Both the position numbers and the translations under genes were made by a program. The notes under the pieces were generated by a model. It was not told where the DNA came from, made no database searches, and was given only the letters and a program-made list of their open reading frames with translations. A stretch of 64,000 nucleotides of DNA from Mobula hypostoma (lineage: Eukaryota): positions 23,684,001-23,748,000 of the forward strand of contig NC_086105.1 of the NCBI RefSeq assembly GCF_963921235.1, read 5' to 3'. Position 1 is the first letter of the stretch. Every line of letters begins with the position of its first letter. This document shows positions 1 through 11,964 of this stretch, one piece after another.

Positions 1-229
1 CCTTCTTCAAGGGCAACAGTAAACTCATTGCACGTTTGGTTTTTGGCTTCCTGGTTAGCTTTACTGATCTTATATTTCTAGATTTTGTTTCTGATATGTT
101 AAATGGGGATTGTGGCAATAAACACATTTTTAGGCCTTCTTTTTAGGTCTAATTTTCACCATGGATGTCCAGTTCCTATGCACCTCCATCCCTCACCAGG
201 AAGGCCTGAAAGTTCTGTTTCTTTCTGGA

Positions 230-1770
230 CACCAGACCAGACCAGTTCCCCTCCACCATCACTCTCCTCCATCTGGCAGAACTTGTCTTCACTCTCAATA
301 ATTTCTCCTTTGGCTCTTCCCACTTCCTTCAAAGAAAAGGGGCAGCCATGGGTACTTGCATGGGTCCCAGTTGTGCCTGCCTTTTTGGTGACTATGTGGA
401 ATAGTCACTGTTCCAAGGGTACACTGGTGTCACTCCCCAACTTTTCCTATGCTACATCAATGACTGCATTGGTGCTGCTTCCTGCACCTGTAAAGAGCTC
501 CTCAACTTTGCCTCCAACTTCCACCCTACCCTCAAATTTACTTGGTCCATTCCAACACCTCCCTCCCCTCTCTAGATCTCTCTGTCTCTATCTCTGGAGA
601 TAGCTTATCCACTGATGTCTATTATAAACCCACTGACTCTCACATCTACCTGAACTATATGTCTTCCCACCCTGTTACTTCTTCCCACCCTTCTCACAAG
701 TCCTTCATCTCTGCCTCATCTGCTCTCAGGATGAGACTTTTCATTCCAGAATGAAGGAGATGTCCTCCTTTTTCAAAGAAAGGAGCTTCCCTTCCTCCAC
801 CATCAACACTGCCCTCAACCGGATCTCTTCCATTTCACGCAATTCTTCCCTCACCCCATCCTTCCGCCACCCCACCAGGGATAGGGTTCCTCTTGTCCTC
901 ATCTACCACCCCACCAGCCTCCGGGTCCAGCACATAATTCTTCGTAACTTCCTCCAAAAAGATCCCACCACCAAGCACATCTTTCCCTCCTTCCCTCTTT
1001 CTGCTTTCCACAGAGATCATTCCCTATGTGACTTCCTTGTCCATTCGTCCCTCCCTACTGATTTCCCTCCTGGCAATTATCTTTGCAAGTGGAATGAGTG
1101 CTACACCTGCCCCTACACCTCCTCTCTCACTACTATTCAGAGCCCCAAACAGTCCTTCCAGGTGAGGCGACACTTCACCTGTGTGTCTGTTGGGGTCACC
1201 TTCTGTATCCGGTGCTCCTGGTGCGGCATCCTGTAAATCAGTGAGAACCAACATAGATTGGGAGATCGCTTTGCTGAACACCTATGCTCCATCCACCAGA
1301 AAAAGTGGGATCTCCCAGTGGCCAACCATTTTAATTCCACTTCCCATTCCCACTCTGATATGTCCATCCATGGCCTCCCCTACTATTGCAATGTGGCCAC
1401 ACTCAGGGTGGAGGAGCAACATCTTATATTCTGTCTGGGCAGCCTCCAACCTGACGGCATGAACATCAATTTCTTAAACTTCTGGTAATGCCGCCTCCAT
1501 CCCCCCCACCCCAACCCTTCACCATTCCCCATTTCCTTTTCCCTTTCTCACCTTATCTCCTTACCTGCCCATCACCCCCCTCTGGTGCACCTCTCCCTTT
1601 TCTTTCTTCCATGGCCTTCTGTCCTCTCCTGTCAGATTCTCCCTTCTCCAGCCCTTTATTTCTTTCACCAATCAACTTCCCAGCTCTTTACTTCACCCCT
1701 ACCCACCCACTCCCATGCTTCACCTCGTGCTTCTTCCTCCCCTGGCCTCCACCTTACAACTTTGATCCTC
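230..1770 (+). mobile_element. Degenerate Penelope-like retroelement (RT C-terminus, GIY-YIG endonuclease, pyrimidine-rich 3' UTR), split by an L1 insertion; tail resumes at about 4759-4900
   Basis: Frameshifted ORFs contain TDVYYKPTDSH (RT), DRVPLVLIYHP, CxxC-YTCPY and FTCVSVGVTFCIRCSWCG...LGDRFAEH...VANHFNS...EEQHLIFCLGSLQPDGMN (GIY-YIG). Same family as 35858-36638. Confidence 0.9.
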
Positions 1771-1776
1771 ATATTA

Positions 1777-4758
1777 CTTTTTTTTCAATATTTTTATTGA
1801 TATTATATAAATTACATGAATACAAATAAAAAATTCATAAGGATACAAGTAAATAATATGAATTACATTACATTTAAATCACAGTAATATGATCACAGTA
1901 TCCCATATTCCAAAACATCATGTATAAAAAAAGATTGAATTATGAAATGAAATAAAATAAAATAATTATATTTTATTTTAGAAAATCTACCCCCACTACC
2001 AAAATGAGCTGGTTGGTAAAAAAAAAGAAAAATACCTTACCATATGATATTATAATAATAATGGCTCAGATCCATACTTTAATAACAGTTCAAAGATTGT
2101 GAAAATAATTCAGAAAGGGTCCCCATAACATAAGAAAATCATATTTAGAACCAGAAATCGAACAATGGACCTCCTCTAGATCAAGGCACCCGCAAATTAG
2201 ATGGCTTCAGTTTTGTAGTACTATCCTCAATAATACCAAACATGGCAGTCAAAGGATTGGGCTTAAAGCTGACATTGAAAAGTGCAGAAAAAGTTTGAAA
2301 TACATCTTTTCAGAATTTTTCAAGGCTCGGACATGTCCAAAACATATGAATTAGTGTGGCCACTCCATTAGAACATCTATCACAGTAAGGGGAAATATCT
2401 GCATGGAAGCAGGAAAGCTTATCTTTAGACATATGAACTCTATGTAGCAATTTGAATTGTAATAAAGAATGATGAGCACATAATGATGAAGAATTAATCA
2501 ATTTTAAAATAATCTTCCAGCTCTCATCAGATATGAAAATCTGTAAATCCTTTTCCCAGTGTCCTTAAATTTTGTCTAAAGAGGCCATTTTCAGCCCCAA
2601 CAGTAGAACATAAATGTACGATATTGAACCGTTATCAAAGGGTTTCAGATTAAAAATTGTATCTATTATATTCTTATCTGGACTTGTAGGAAATGTAAGT
2701 AATTGAGATCTTAAAAAATCTCTAATCTGTAAGTATCGAAAAAAGTGAGTGTTGGAAAGGTTAAATTTCGTTGCAAGTTGCACAAAAGAAGAGAGATGCC
2801 CTCCATCAAACAAATCCTGAAATTGTTTAATAGCCTATCTATCCCATTCTTTAAAAGTTAAGTCAATTAAAGATGGTTTGAAAAAACAATTAGAAAATAT
2901 GAGACTTGAGAGGGAGAATCTCAATAAACCAAAATGTTTTCTAAACTGTAACCAAATCCTCAATGTATGTTTAATCACCAAATTGTCAATTAGTTTATTT
3001 AAAGATAAAGGAAGCGAGGATCCAAGTAAAGAAATAATGGAAAATTTTATAACAGAGTTGACTTCCAAAGAAACCCATATAGGGCAATTCTCATGGTTAA
3101 TGTAATATATCCAGAATGTACTATTACGTATATTAACTGCCCAATAATATAACCTAAAATTGGGTAAGGCAAATCCTCCGTTCTGTTTGGTTTTTTGAAG
3201 GTGAGCTTTATTTATACAAGGTTTTTTATTCTTCCATATACAGGAAGAAAGAATTCAATCCAAAGAGTCAAAAAAAGATTTAGGAATAAAAACAGGCACA
3301 GCTTGAAAAAGGTATATAAATTTAGATAAGATATTCATTTTAATAGAATTGATTCGGCCAATCAGTGATAAAGAGAGAGGCGACCAATTAGAAAGTGTTT
3401 TTTTAACATAATTCAATAAACTTAGAAAATTTTCCTTAAATAAATCTTTATAATTCTTAGTAATTGTTCCTCCTAAATACGTAAATTGTTTTCTTAAAAT
3501 TTTAAAAGGAAGGTTAATTATCAGTTGGTAATAAATTGTTTAAAGGAAACAGTTCACTCTTCTGTAAATTTAATTTATATCCTGAGAACTGACTAAAATT
3601 AGTCAGTAAACGGAACACAAATGATAAGGAATAAGTCATCAGCATAGAGCGACACTTTATGAATAGTACCTCTCCTTAAAATACCAGTGATCTCTTTAGA
3701 CTCTAGAAAAGCAATTGTTAAGGGTTCTAATACCAAATCAAAAAGCAGAGGGCTCAAAGGGCAACCTTGTCTAGTTCCACATTGGAGTTTAAAGGGTTTA
3801 GAATTCTGAAAATTAGTAAGGACCCGAGCAGAGGGAGGTAAAAAAAAATAATTTAATCCAATGAATAAAATTAGGTCCAAAATTAAATTTTTCTAAGGAT
3901 GTAAATAGAAAGTTCCATTCAACTCTGTCAAAAGCCTTCTCCGCATCCAAAGATATCACACATTCCAATATTTCCTTAGATGGAGAGTGCATAACATTGA
4001 ACAAATGCTGTATATTAAAATAGGAATATTGATTCTTAATAAAACCTGTCTGAACATCCGAAACTATAGAAGATATAATATTTTCAAGTCTGCGAGCCAA
4101 CACTTTAGCTAAAATTTTAGTATCAAAATTGAGGAAAGAGATAGGTCTATACGAAGAACATTCAGTAGGACTCTTATTCTTTTTGAGAATGAGGGAAATG
4201 GAAGCTTCGTAAAAAGACTGCGGTAGTCCTCCTACCTTAAAGGAATCAGTAACGATAAAACATAAGTGTGGTATAAGCAAGGAGGGAAAAGCCTTATAAA
4301 TCTTTCCAGAGGATCCATTGGGTCCTGGGGATTTCCCAGAATGCAATTCTCAAATAGCCTGAGCAATCTCCTCCTGGGAAATAGGTTGATCCAATTGCCT
4401 ACAATCATCTATCGAAAGATTAGGAATATTTAATTGATCTAAAAAATTATTCATTGCAATATTATCATTGACAGAGTCAGAAATATACAATTTAGAATAA
4501 AATTCTCTAAGAGTGTCATAATTTCAAGGGGGACCATAAATATGCTTTGGTACCTGATCCTGAAACATCTAAGAGACGTATTGAAACTAAAATTAGTATG
4601 ACCTTCTTTTAACGTATCTAATTGAAAGCCAACTAATTGAAAGTCAATTTTGTATTCACGGAGATAAAACTGGTAAGCTACTGCCTAATCAATTGAAGCC
4701 ATTTTCAGCGAAGTGGCAAATTAAACAAATACGTAAAATTAATGGGGACATGACAACC
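1777..4758 (-). mobile_element. 5'-truncated, 5'-inverted L1-clade LINE (ORF2 remnant)
   Basis: Minus-strand ORFs contain KSPGPNG, YRPISFLNFDTKILAK, LDAEKAFDRVEW, GTRQGCPLSPLLF, LYADD and C-terminal CDRC...HMFWTCP. AATAAA plus poly(A) at about 1778-1800 on minus. Segment about 4535-4758 is ORF2 in the opposite orientation. Confidence 0.9.
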
Positions 4759-5253
4759 CATATTTTTTATCCAGTCCTGCTGAAGGGTTTCAGCTCAAAA
4801 CATTGACTACACACAAAAGTGTGCCTGGCCTACTGAGTTCCTCTGGCATTTTCTGTGCGTTGCTTAGATTTCCAGCATCTGCAGATTCTTTCATTTGTTT
4901 TTTTAAGCCTTGATTGTAACATTCCAAGTATTTCTTGGCATTCATTGATCGGTTCACTTGGAGCATGGAAAGGTGTAATAAAGATTCACTAGAACTTGAT
5001 CGTGGAAGTTTTGAAGAGAAGCAAAGTGTTTTTTTCACTTGAATGGATAAAGTGCAGCAGCACTTCACATTATTGCAAGAGATTCTGGAAAGTAAATAAC
5101 ATTTATGAACTACATAGTACACTGGATTATCATCAATAAAGGAGTACTGTTGAAGTTGAGATACACTCCCCCCCCCAAAGTAATTTAGAAAATATGCTTT
5201 TTACTGTCAAAAACTAAGAGGAGGGCTATAAAACTGATTACTTCAGTGTGAAG

Positions 5254-5320
5254 CAGGGGTCCCCAACCTTTTTTATGTCATGGGCCCCTACCATTAACCC
5301 AAGGGGTCAGTGGACCCCTG
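5254..5320. mobile_element. Short hAT-type MITE remnant
   Basis: Starts CAGGGGTCCCCAAC and ends GGACCCCTG. Internal sequence resembles 16697-16772. The 8-bp flanks match only 5/8. Confidence 0.6.
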
Positions 5321-6121
5321 GCATAAAGCTAATCTCATGAAATTTCATCCACTACTGAAATCACCTTAATGATATTTAAATTTCTGGAAATCAAGCTAAA
5401 AATCTACTCCCATAACACTTAAAACAAGACTGCTAATTGATAGGCAAAAGTTACAAAACTATGAAGTTGGGTGGGAGTGATACAAGAAAGAAGATTGGGT
5501 TCTTTGATTAACATATCTACATTGTCACATGTGTGTAAAAGAAACCTTTTTTCAGCCTGTGTTTCATTTGTTATGCATGACTAAGGCAGACTAACAACTC
5601 TCAATTTCACAACTTTTTCTTCAAGTTACAGGAAAATCATGGGAGTTCCATCAGGATGCTCATGTTGTAAATTATAAATGCAACAACAAACATTATTCTA
5701 ACTTAAACTCTTGATCACAAACCTACAAAGCTAACTTGGCAGGAAAAAGCCAATGAAAATTACCTGTAACATAAGCCCATTTTAGAGTAACAGTTCTGAT
5801 TTACAGGAACTCAAATCCGAACAGTTATATCCCACTGTTGAATTTCTTTAACTGGCCTCCAGTAAGATTTAACCTAGGATTGTTCTACCAAATGTAGGTC
5901 TATAGTTGGCTTCTAGCTCATTATAAGAGCAGCCAGGATTGATTGCTATCTTTGACCATTTCCAGTTGAGTGAAAACCAAGTTAAAGTGAGGGTTTGCTT
6001 TCCAAAATGAGTAAGTTTCAACTTCAAAATGGCTGCAAGGCTGGCCCAATGTTTTTTCAGCAAACACCTGCTCATTGCTTGGAAGTCCCAAAGCAACAAC
6101 ATTCAAATCACATTTATTAAA

Positions 6122-6636
6122 AACATAGAACATAGAAATTTACAGCACATTACAGGCCTTTCAGCCCACAACATTGTGCCAACCATGTAACCTACTCTAG
6201 AAACTGCCTAGAATTTCCCCAGCGCATAGCGCTCTATTTTTCTATGCTCCGTGTACCTATCTAAGAGGCTCTTAGGAGACTCTATTGTATCTGCTTCCAG
6301 CGCCCACCACTCTCTGTGTGGAAAACTTACCCCTGACATGTCCTCGGTACCTATTACCAAGCACCTTAAAACTATGCTCCTCATGTTAGCCATTTCAGCC
6401 CTGGGAAAAAGCCTCTGGCTATCCACATGATCAATGACCCTCATCATCTTATACACCTCTATCAGGTCACCTCTCATCCTCTGTCACTCCAAGGAGAAAA
6501 GGCCAAGTTCATCCAACCTATTCTCATAAGGTACGCCCTCCAAACCAGAGAACATCCTTGTAAATCTCCTCTGCACTCTCTCAATAGTGAGGTGACCAGA
6601 ACTGAACACAGTACTCTAAGTAGGGTCTGACCAAGG
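6122..6636 (-). mobile_element. CR1 LINE 3' fragment
   Basis: MRGDLIEVYKMMR...LFPR C-terminal ORF2 motif; (ACATAGA)n-type tail at 6122-6137. Confidence 0.85.
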
Positions 6637-7219
6637 TACATTACTGAAATAAATTGAGAATAAATTCCAATATAATTTTTTTACCCCAACTGCAGTTTTT
6701 ACAAAATGCTTTTTACATGTGTTGGATTTTGATGTTTTTGATCCAAGGTTCATTTAGAAGTCAGGAAAGAGGCACAAAATTTGTTGCTTCATGATCATTT
6801 TATTGAGTTAATAAAACAAAGGGAAATTGAAACAGCCAGTGATAGGGGTTTACCACTTGAGACAAGAGGAAGAAACTAAAGATGGTACCTAGCATAAAAT
6901 TGTTACTGTATTTTTATACTACTTAGATAAAGAAAATTCCATTCAAATGTGTAGATGAGACAACAAATTAGAAAGCATTGATTCGAATACTGTAGTACCA
7001 AGTCAACAAATAAGAAAGCACTTAAGTATTGCAGAATAAGGAAACTTCCAGAGCTTTCCAGAATTATACTTTGTATAACCACTAGAGGAACTTAAACTGT
7101 TATGTGGAAGTTGGAATTATAGAAAGTAGTTATTTGTATATAAGTAATTATGTAAAATACAAACAGATAATCAATTGTTAAACTGCAAAGAAAATGACAA
7201 TTAAACAAATAAACTCTAC

Positions 7220-7720
7220 TTAGGCTTCCAGCCGAGTACAGGTATTGATTTTCACCAATGTTTCAAATACAAACTCAGCCATCTTCATCAGGGTTGATGC
7301 CTGGGCAAGTCTAGTCTGGTGGTTTTTATACCCCAGTGTTCTGTCCTTTCTGATTGGTTAGCCCTCATCCAATCAGGTTTCCACTCTCCCATCTTGTTTA
7401 CAATCAAATTCCAGTTCTTACTTAGAGGGAGACCTTCATCTTCTTTAAAGTCCTTTTCCTCTGGTTTTATTTCAATTGCTTCCTTTACCAGGTGGTCCCA
7501 AAAGCCATTGGCGTGGCACAGAAGTTTGGTGCTGTCAAAATCAATTCTATGGCCATTGTGAACAGAGTGTTCTGCTAATGCCAATCTCTCCAGGTAACCC
7601 AAACGGATACTCCTCCTGTGCAACACCACCTGGGACTCAGTTTGGCTGGCATTTACAGCATTCCCAGTGAATGCCGAGCAGCATACATTGGCCAGAGGTT
7701 GAAACCCACATCAAAGAGTG
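7220..7720 (-). mobile_element. Second Penelope-like family fragment (GIY-YIG C-terminus plus tail with hammerhead-like motif)
   Basis: ORF 7288-7629 contains ALAEHSVHNGHRIDFDSTKLL...LVKEAIEIK...DEGLPLSKNW. It is followed on minus by CCCTGATGAAGATGG...TTTGAAACATT. Confidence 0.75.
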
Positions 7721-7984
7721 ATGTAAATAGAGGATTTACTTTGGTGCAGAAAATGGACTAAAATTGTCGGACATTGAATCAGAACCAGAATGAGACTTAT
7801 TATCATGAACATAAGTTGTGAAAAATATCGTTTTATAGTAGCTGTACAGTGTAAAAACATAAAATTTACTATAAATTACAGTAAGAAATATCATAGAACA
7901 AAATAGCGAGCTAGTGTTCACCAACGGTTCAGAAATCTAATGGCGGAGAAGAAACTGTTCCTAAACCATTAATTGTAGAGATAA

Positions 7985-8355
7985 AGCACAGAAAAAGGTC
8001 TATCAACCCATTAAGTCAATGCCAACCATCAAACACCCATTTACAGTAAACCTACACTGATCCCACTTTATCCTCCCTGCATTCCCATCTGTGCCACTAA
8101 GTTCTACCACTTACCTACACATCAGGGACAATTTACAGTGGTCAATTAACAGCGGCAGTTTCAAGGATTTTTACAGTGGCCAATCAAATTCCTGATCTAC
8201 ACATTTTTGGCATGCAGGAGGAAACCCTCAGAGTTACAGGATGAATGTCCAAACTTGGCCACACACACACACACAGCACTGACGATCATGATTTAACAGA
8301 GGTCACTGGAGCTGAGAAGCAGTGGCTCTGTCATCTATACCACTGTGCTGCCCGT
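7985..8355 (-). mobile_element. Old tRNA-derived V-SINE (HE1-like)
   Basis: Shares GGACAATTTACAGTGG..AATTAA and GGAGGAAACC blocks with the clearer copy at 50745-51027. Confidence 0.6.
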
Positions 8356-8749
8356 GATTGCATGTGGAAAACTCTGAAAGGCAACTCGTGTCTATCTGAA
8401 CCTTAAATTATTGTTTTTAAAGAAGGAATCTGATTATGTTCCACATAAGGAATAATCTGCTGTTAGAACTCAGCATTTGTGGAGGGGGAAGGAATTGTCA
8501 ATGTTTCAGGTTGCATCAGGACCCAAAACGTCAGCCTTTCCACCTTTACAGATGCTGCTTGACATACTGAGTTCCCCAGCAAGTTGCTTGTTACTCCAGG
8601 TTCCAGTGCCTGCAGTCTCCTGTATCTCCACTTGATAATCAGTTGACAAAAATATAAAGACTTAAAATTAGAGGCAATCCATTAGCTGGAACAAAGAATA
8701 AGTTTTCAGCTAGGAAACAATAAAACAGGCATCTAAGTTGGCAGACTAT

Positions 8750-9690
8750 GACAAATAGCATCCTTGAGGGGTCTGTACTGGTCTCTCAAATTTTTCATCA
8801 TACTTAAACAAGATTTGGATGATGGAACATGATTCCCTATATCTAAGTTTGTTGACAAGGTTATTAATTGGATCATAAGAATGCAAAGAGATTTGATAGG
8901 ATTAATGAGTGGGCAAAACAATGACAGATGAAATCCAGTGCGGAATATTCTGGAATATTCATACATGAGGATATTTTCCAAGGGGAAGAAGCTTGAAACT
9001 GTGAATGATAAATAATATTTTAGGTTTGAGGTAAAGAAAGCCTTAAAAGTTGGAAAATGGGTAAAGGAAAATATTGAAAGCCTAACAGTAGGATGGGTTT
9101 TATCTTAAATGAGCTAGAATACAAAGAGGTAGAAGTTCTACTAAAACTATGCACCAACATTAGCTGGCCCCACCAGGCATGACACGTTGACATCTAGGCT
9201 CTGCATCTGAAGGCACACACCAGTAATTCACCAGAATGATACACCAGCAAAAAAAGTACGGTTACAAGGACAAGTTCTATCAGCTTGCCTTGCATTTCTA
9301 TGAACACTGAAGGTTAGAGTGATCTAATTGAGCTACCTCATTAGACTAATATATTAAGGGAGTTGATAGGATAGATTAAGGCAGTATCTCTTCAAATGGG
9401 GGAGTCAGTAAAGGTGTCATCACCAATATTATTTCAGCCGTGAAATTAGGATACATTTCTTCACAAATAAATCTATGTAAAGTATCCCATTGCAAATTAC
9501 CCCCACACCAATAAAGCTGTAATGTCAATTCAGTAGAAAATGTTAAAACTGAAATTTAATAAGGTTTAGTTGGCAAGGATATCACAGATTTTGAAATGAA
9601 GGCGAGTGGATGGAACTAGAACACGAGTAACCCATGATTAATTAAATAGCCCATCAGGTACTAGGTGGGTGAATAACCAACTGAAGTCTC
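8750..9690 (+). mobile_element. Highly decayed CR1 LINE fragment
   Basis: Recognisable blocks (ATATCTAAGTTTGTTGAC, ATGCAAAGAGATTTGATAGGATTAATGAGTGGGCAAAA, AGAGTGATCTAATTGAG) similar to younger CR1 copies in the window. Confidence 0.6.
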
Positions 9691-11561
9691 TCTGTTACAG
9701 TTTGTCAAGATAACTCATTTAGTGTAATACCTGGTTACTTACACAACCTAGCCAAGCGGCAAGTAAAATGTGTCGTTTACTCTGTGCTTTCCATTCTGCC
9801 CTCTGAAAGGACAAGCAGACCTAATGATGTGGCTCTAAATAAATGCAGCAAGAGATCCATTATGATGATCATTTTGGCTTGATGTTTGGGAACCCCTGCT
9901 GTAGAGGTTGGGGATTCTACTTACCAGAGTAACTGGAGAGCTCAATAGGACATCTGCTTATGCCAGTTAAATTGTTCCATTTCCCCTTTCATGATTACTA
10001 ACCATTAACCAGCAACTGCATTTTCAACTTCTTTCCCTCAAAGGCAGCTAGAATTTTCTCCACATGGGAAAATCATGCAAGATTACATAAATGGTGTTAA
10101 GTAACATACCCCACAGAAATCAAAATGGTCAGGTTTCTATTTAACCAGCAGGAGGACATTGATGGTGTTCCCTGCCATCAAAATAATAAACAGGAATTTT
10201 CGACAGCGCTTGTACATACTTCACAATATTCAATCTGCAAAATCCTGCTACAATCGCAGCATTCAGTCAATCGAGTATAAAATGATTATGTATGTCCAGT
10301 GTATAGCCAGAGTCATAGGAATCCCAACATAAACATACTTGATAAAATATCTTGGATAAGTAATACATGTATATAGAAATTTATTGGCTTATTTATTTGA
10401 CAAACTGTTCCAAAAACAATCAACCAATGCAAATATGTATTTGACATGGAAATGAATGTATATAGTCTCTTAGAACACAATTCATTTGGCTAATATCAAT
10501 TAATGTGGAAATAAAACGCAGGAGACAGAACAGACCCTCTTAATTATCTAGAAAAAGCACTAAAATTTTCAAGAGGCAGAATTTTATCCCTTACATGTTT
10601 CTTTGAACTTTGAAACATTAATTTCTTCAGTTAGAGTATTATTTGCCATCTATTTTGAGTTACATATACTTTCTATGTGTTTTTGAGGCATCTATTAAGA
10701 TATTAGAATTATATTCCTCAATGGGACCAATTGCTGAGGTATACCTTCATTGAAGTTACATCATTATTATTTTCTTCAATAAAAATTGGCTGCAAGTATT
10801 TTTCATTGGTGGGGTCTTAAATACATTTCAATTTATTTGGAATTACATTAAGTGTCGTCCTTGCTTCCGTGCAGCACTGTAATTTCAGTAGACAACCAAG
10901 ATAGTCGCCTCAGAAATAATGCTGCTTCCACTGAAATGGAGAGATAGCTTTCCCAAATTGTTCTGGATCTTCCATGATACTTTCAGTTAAGATTTGAATT
11001 CCTCACTTGAATTCTTATTTAAATTCCTCTAAAAATAAATCAGCTTTCATAGGCAGATCTTTCTCTCCATGGTCCTGTATAGCATTACAAGTAGAACAAA
11101 TTTAATGCAGTATGTTCTGTTCTGGTAGTTAAAACATAAGATAAATATTCAACTGCAGATGTTGGAAAGGTCAATCAGTTGATTCCTAAGGGATGATTTT
11201 TCTGAATGATGTACATGAGAGAGTTCAGTTCCTGGATGTGAAGCAGAGGAATGTGCTACCTTGCCTCCATTTCTTTGTATCACTCCAAGATGTTGTCATT
11301 TCTCCCAGGATTGTGATGGAGTGCAGGAAGGTGTCAAATCCGTAGTGTGGTTTATCACAAAGAACTGAACAACTAACAGGTAGGATATACAAGTCAGAGG
11401 CTCACATTATGGAAAAGATGAACCAAGAAAATTAGTTCAAACAAAAAGCTAGATAGAAAATTGTAACAACAGGAATTCTGCAGATGCTGGAAATTCAAGC
11501 AACACACATCAAAGTTGCTGGTGAACGCAGCAGGCCAGGCAGCATCTCTAGGAAGAGGTAC

Positions 11562-11597
11562 AGTCGACGTTTCAGGCCGAGACCCTTCGTCAGGACT
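11562..11597 (-). ncRNA. Minimal type I hammerhead ribozyme motif (PLE-associated)
   Basis: Reverse complement reads AGUC-CUGACGA-AGGGUCUCGGCCU-GAAA-CGUC-GACU. Confidence 0.75.
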
Positions 11598-11767
11598 AAC
11601 TGAAGGAAGAGTTAGTCAGAGATTTGAAAGTGGGAGGGGGAGGGGGAGATCCAAAATGATAGGAGAAGACAGGAGGGGGAGGGATGGAGCCAAGAGCTTC
11701 TCCTATTATTTTGGATCTCCCCCTCCCCCTCCCCCTCTCAAATCTCTTACTAACTCTTCCTTCAGTT

Positions 11768-11803
11768 AGTCCTGACGAAGGGTCTCGGCCTGAAACGTCG
11801 ACT
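11768..11803 (+). ncRNA. Minimal type I hammerhead ribozyme motif (PLE-associated)
   Basis: AGUC-CUGACGA-AGGGUCUCGGCCU-GAAA-CGUC-GACU: stem I AGUC/GACU, CUGANGA and GAAA core boxes, GUC triplet with predicted cut after 11799. Confidence 0.75.
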
Positions 11804-11964
11804 GTACCTCTTCCTAGAGATGCTGCCTGGCCTGCTGCGTTCACCAGCAACTTTGATGTGTGTTGATAGAAAATTATTAAAGTTTGTATGGATTTGGGTA
11901 TAGCAACAAAAGTGAAATTCCTGGAATCATTGTGACCTTCCAAATAGATGTTCTGTTACTGGAT

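Larger units (their letters stand above)
11463..11865. mobile_element. Inverted pair of Penelope 3' tails forming a 169-bp-arm palindrome
   Basis: Arms 11500-11668 and 11697-11865 are reverse complements with about 4 mismatches. The direct repeat GATAGAAAATT flanks the unit at 11452-11462 and 11865-11875. Confidence 0.92.

Noticed and set aside
11515-11943. Mirror-image ORFs MLVNAAGQAASLGRGTVDVSGRDPSSG
   Set aside because: Incidental antisense translation of the Penelope tail palindrome; the same peptide recurs at 35717-36208.
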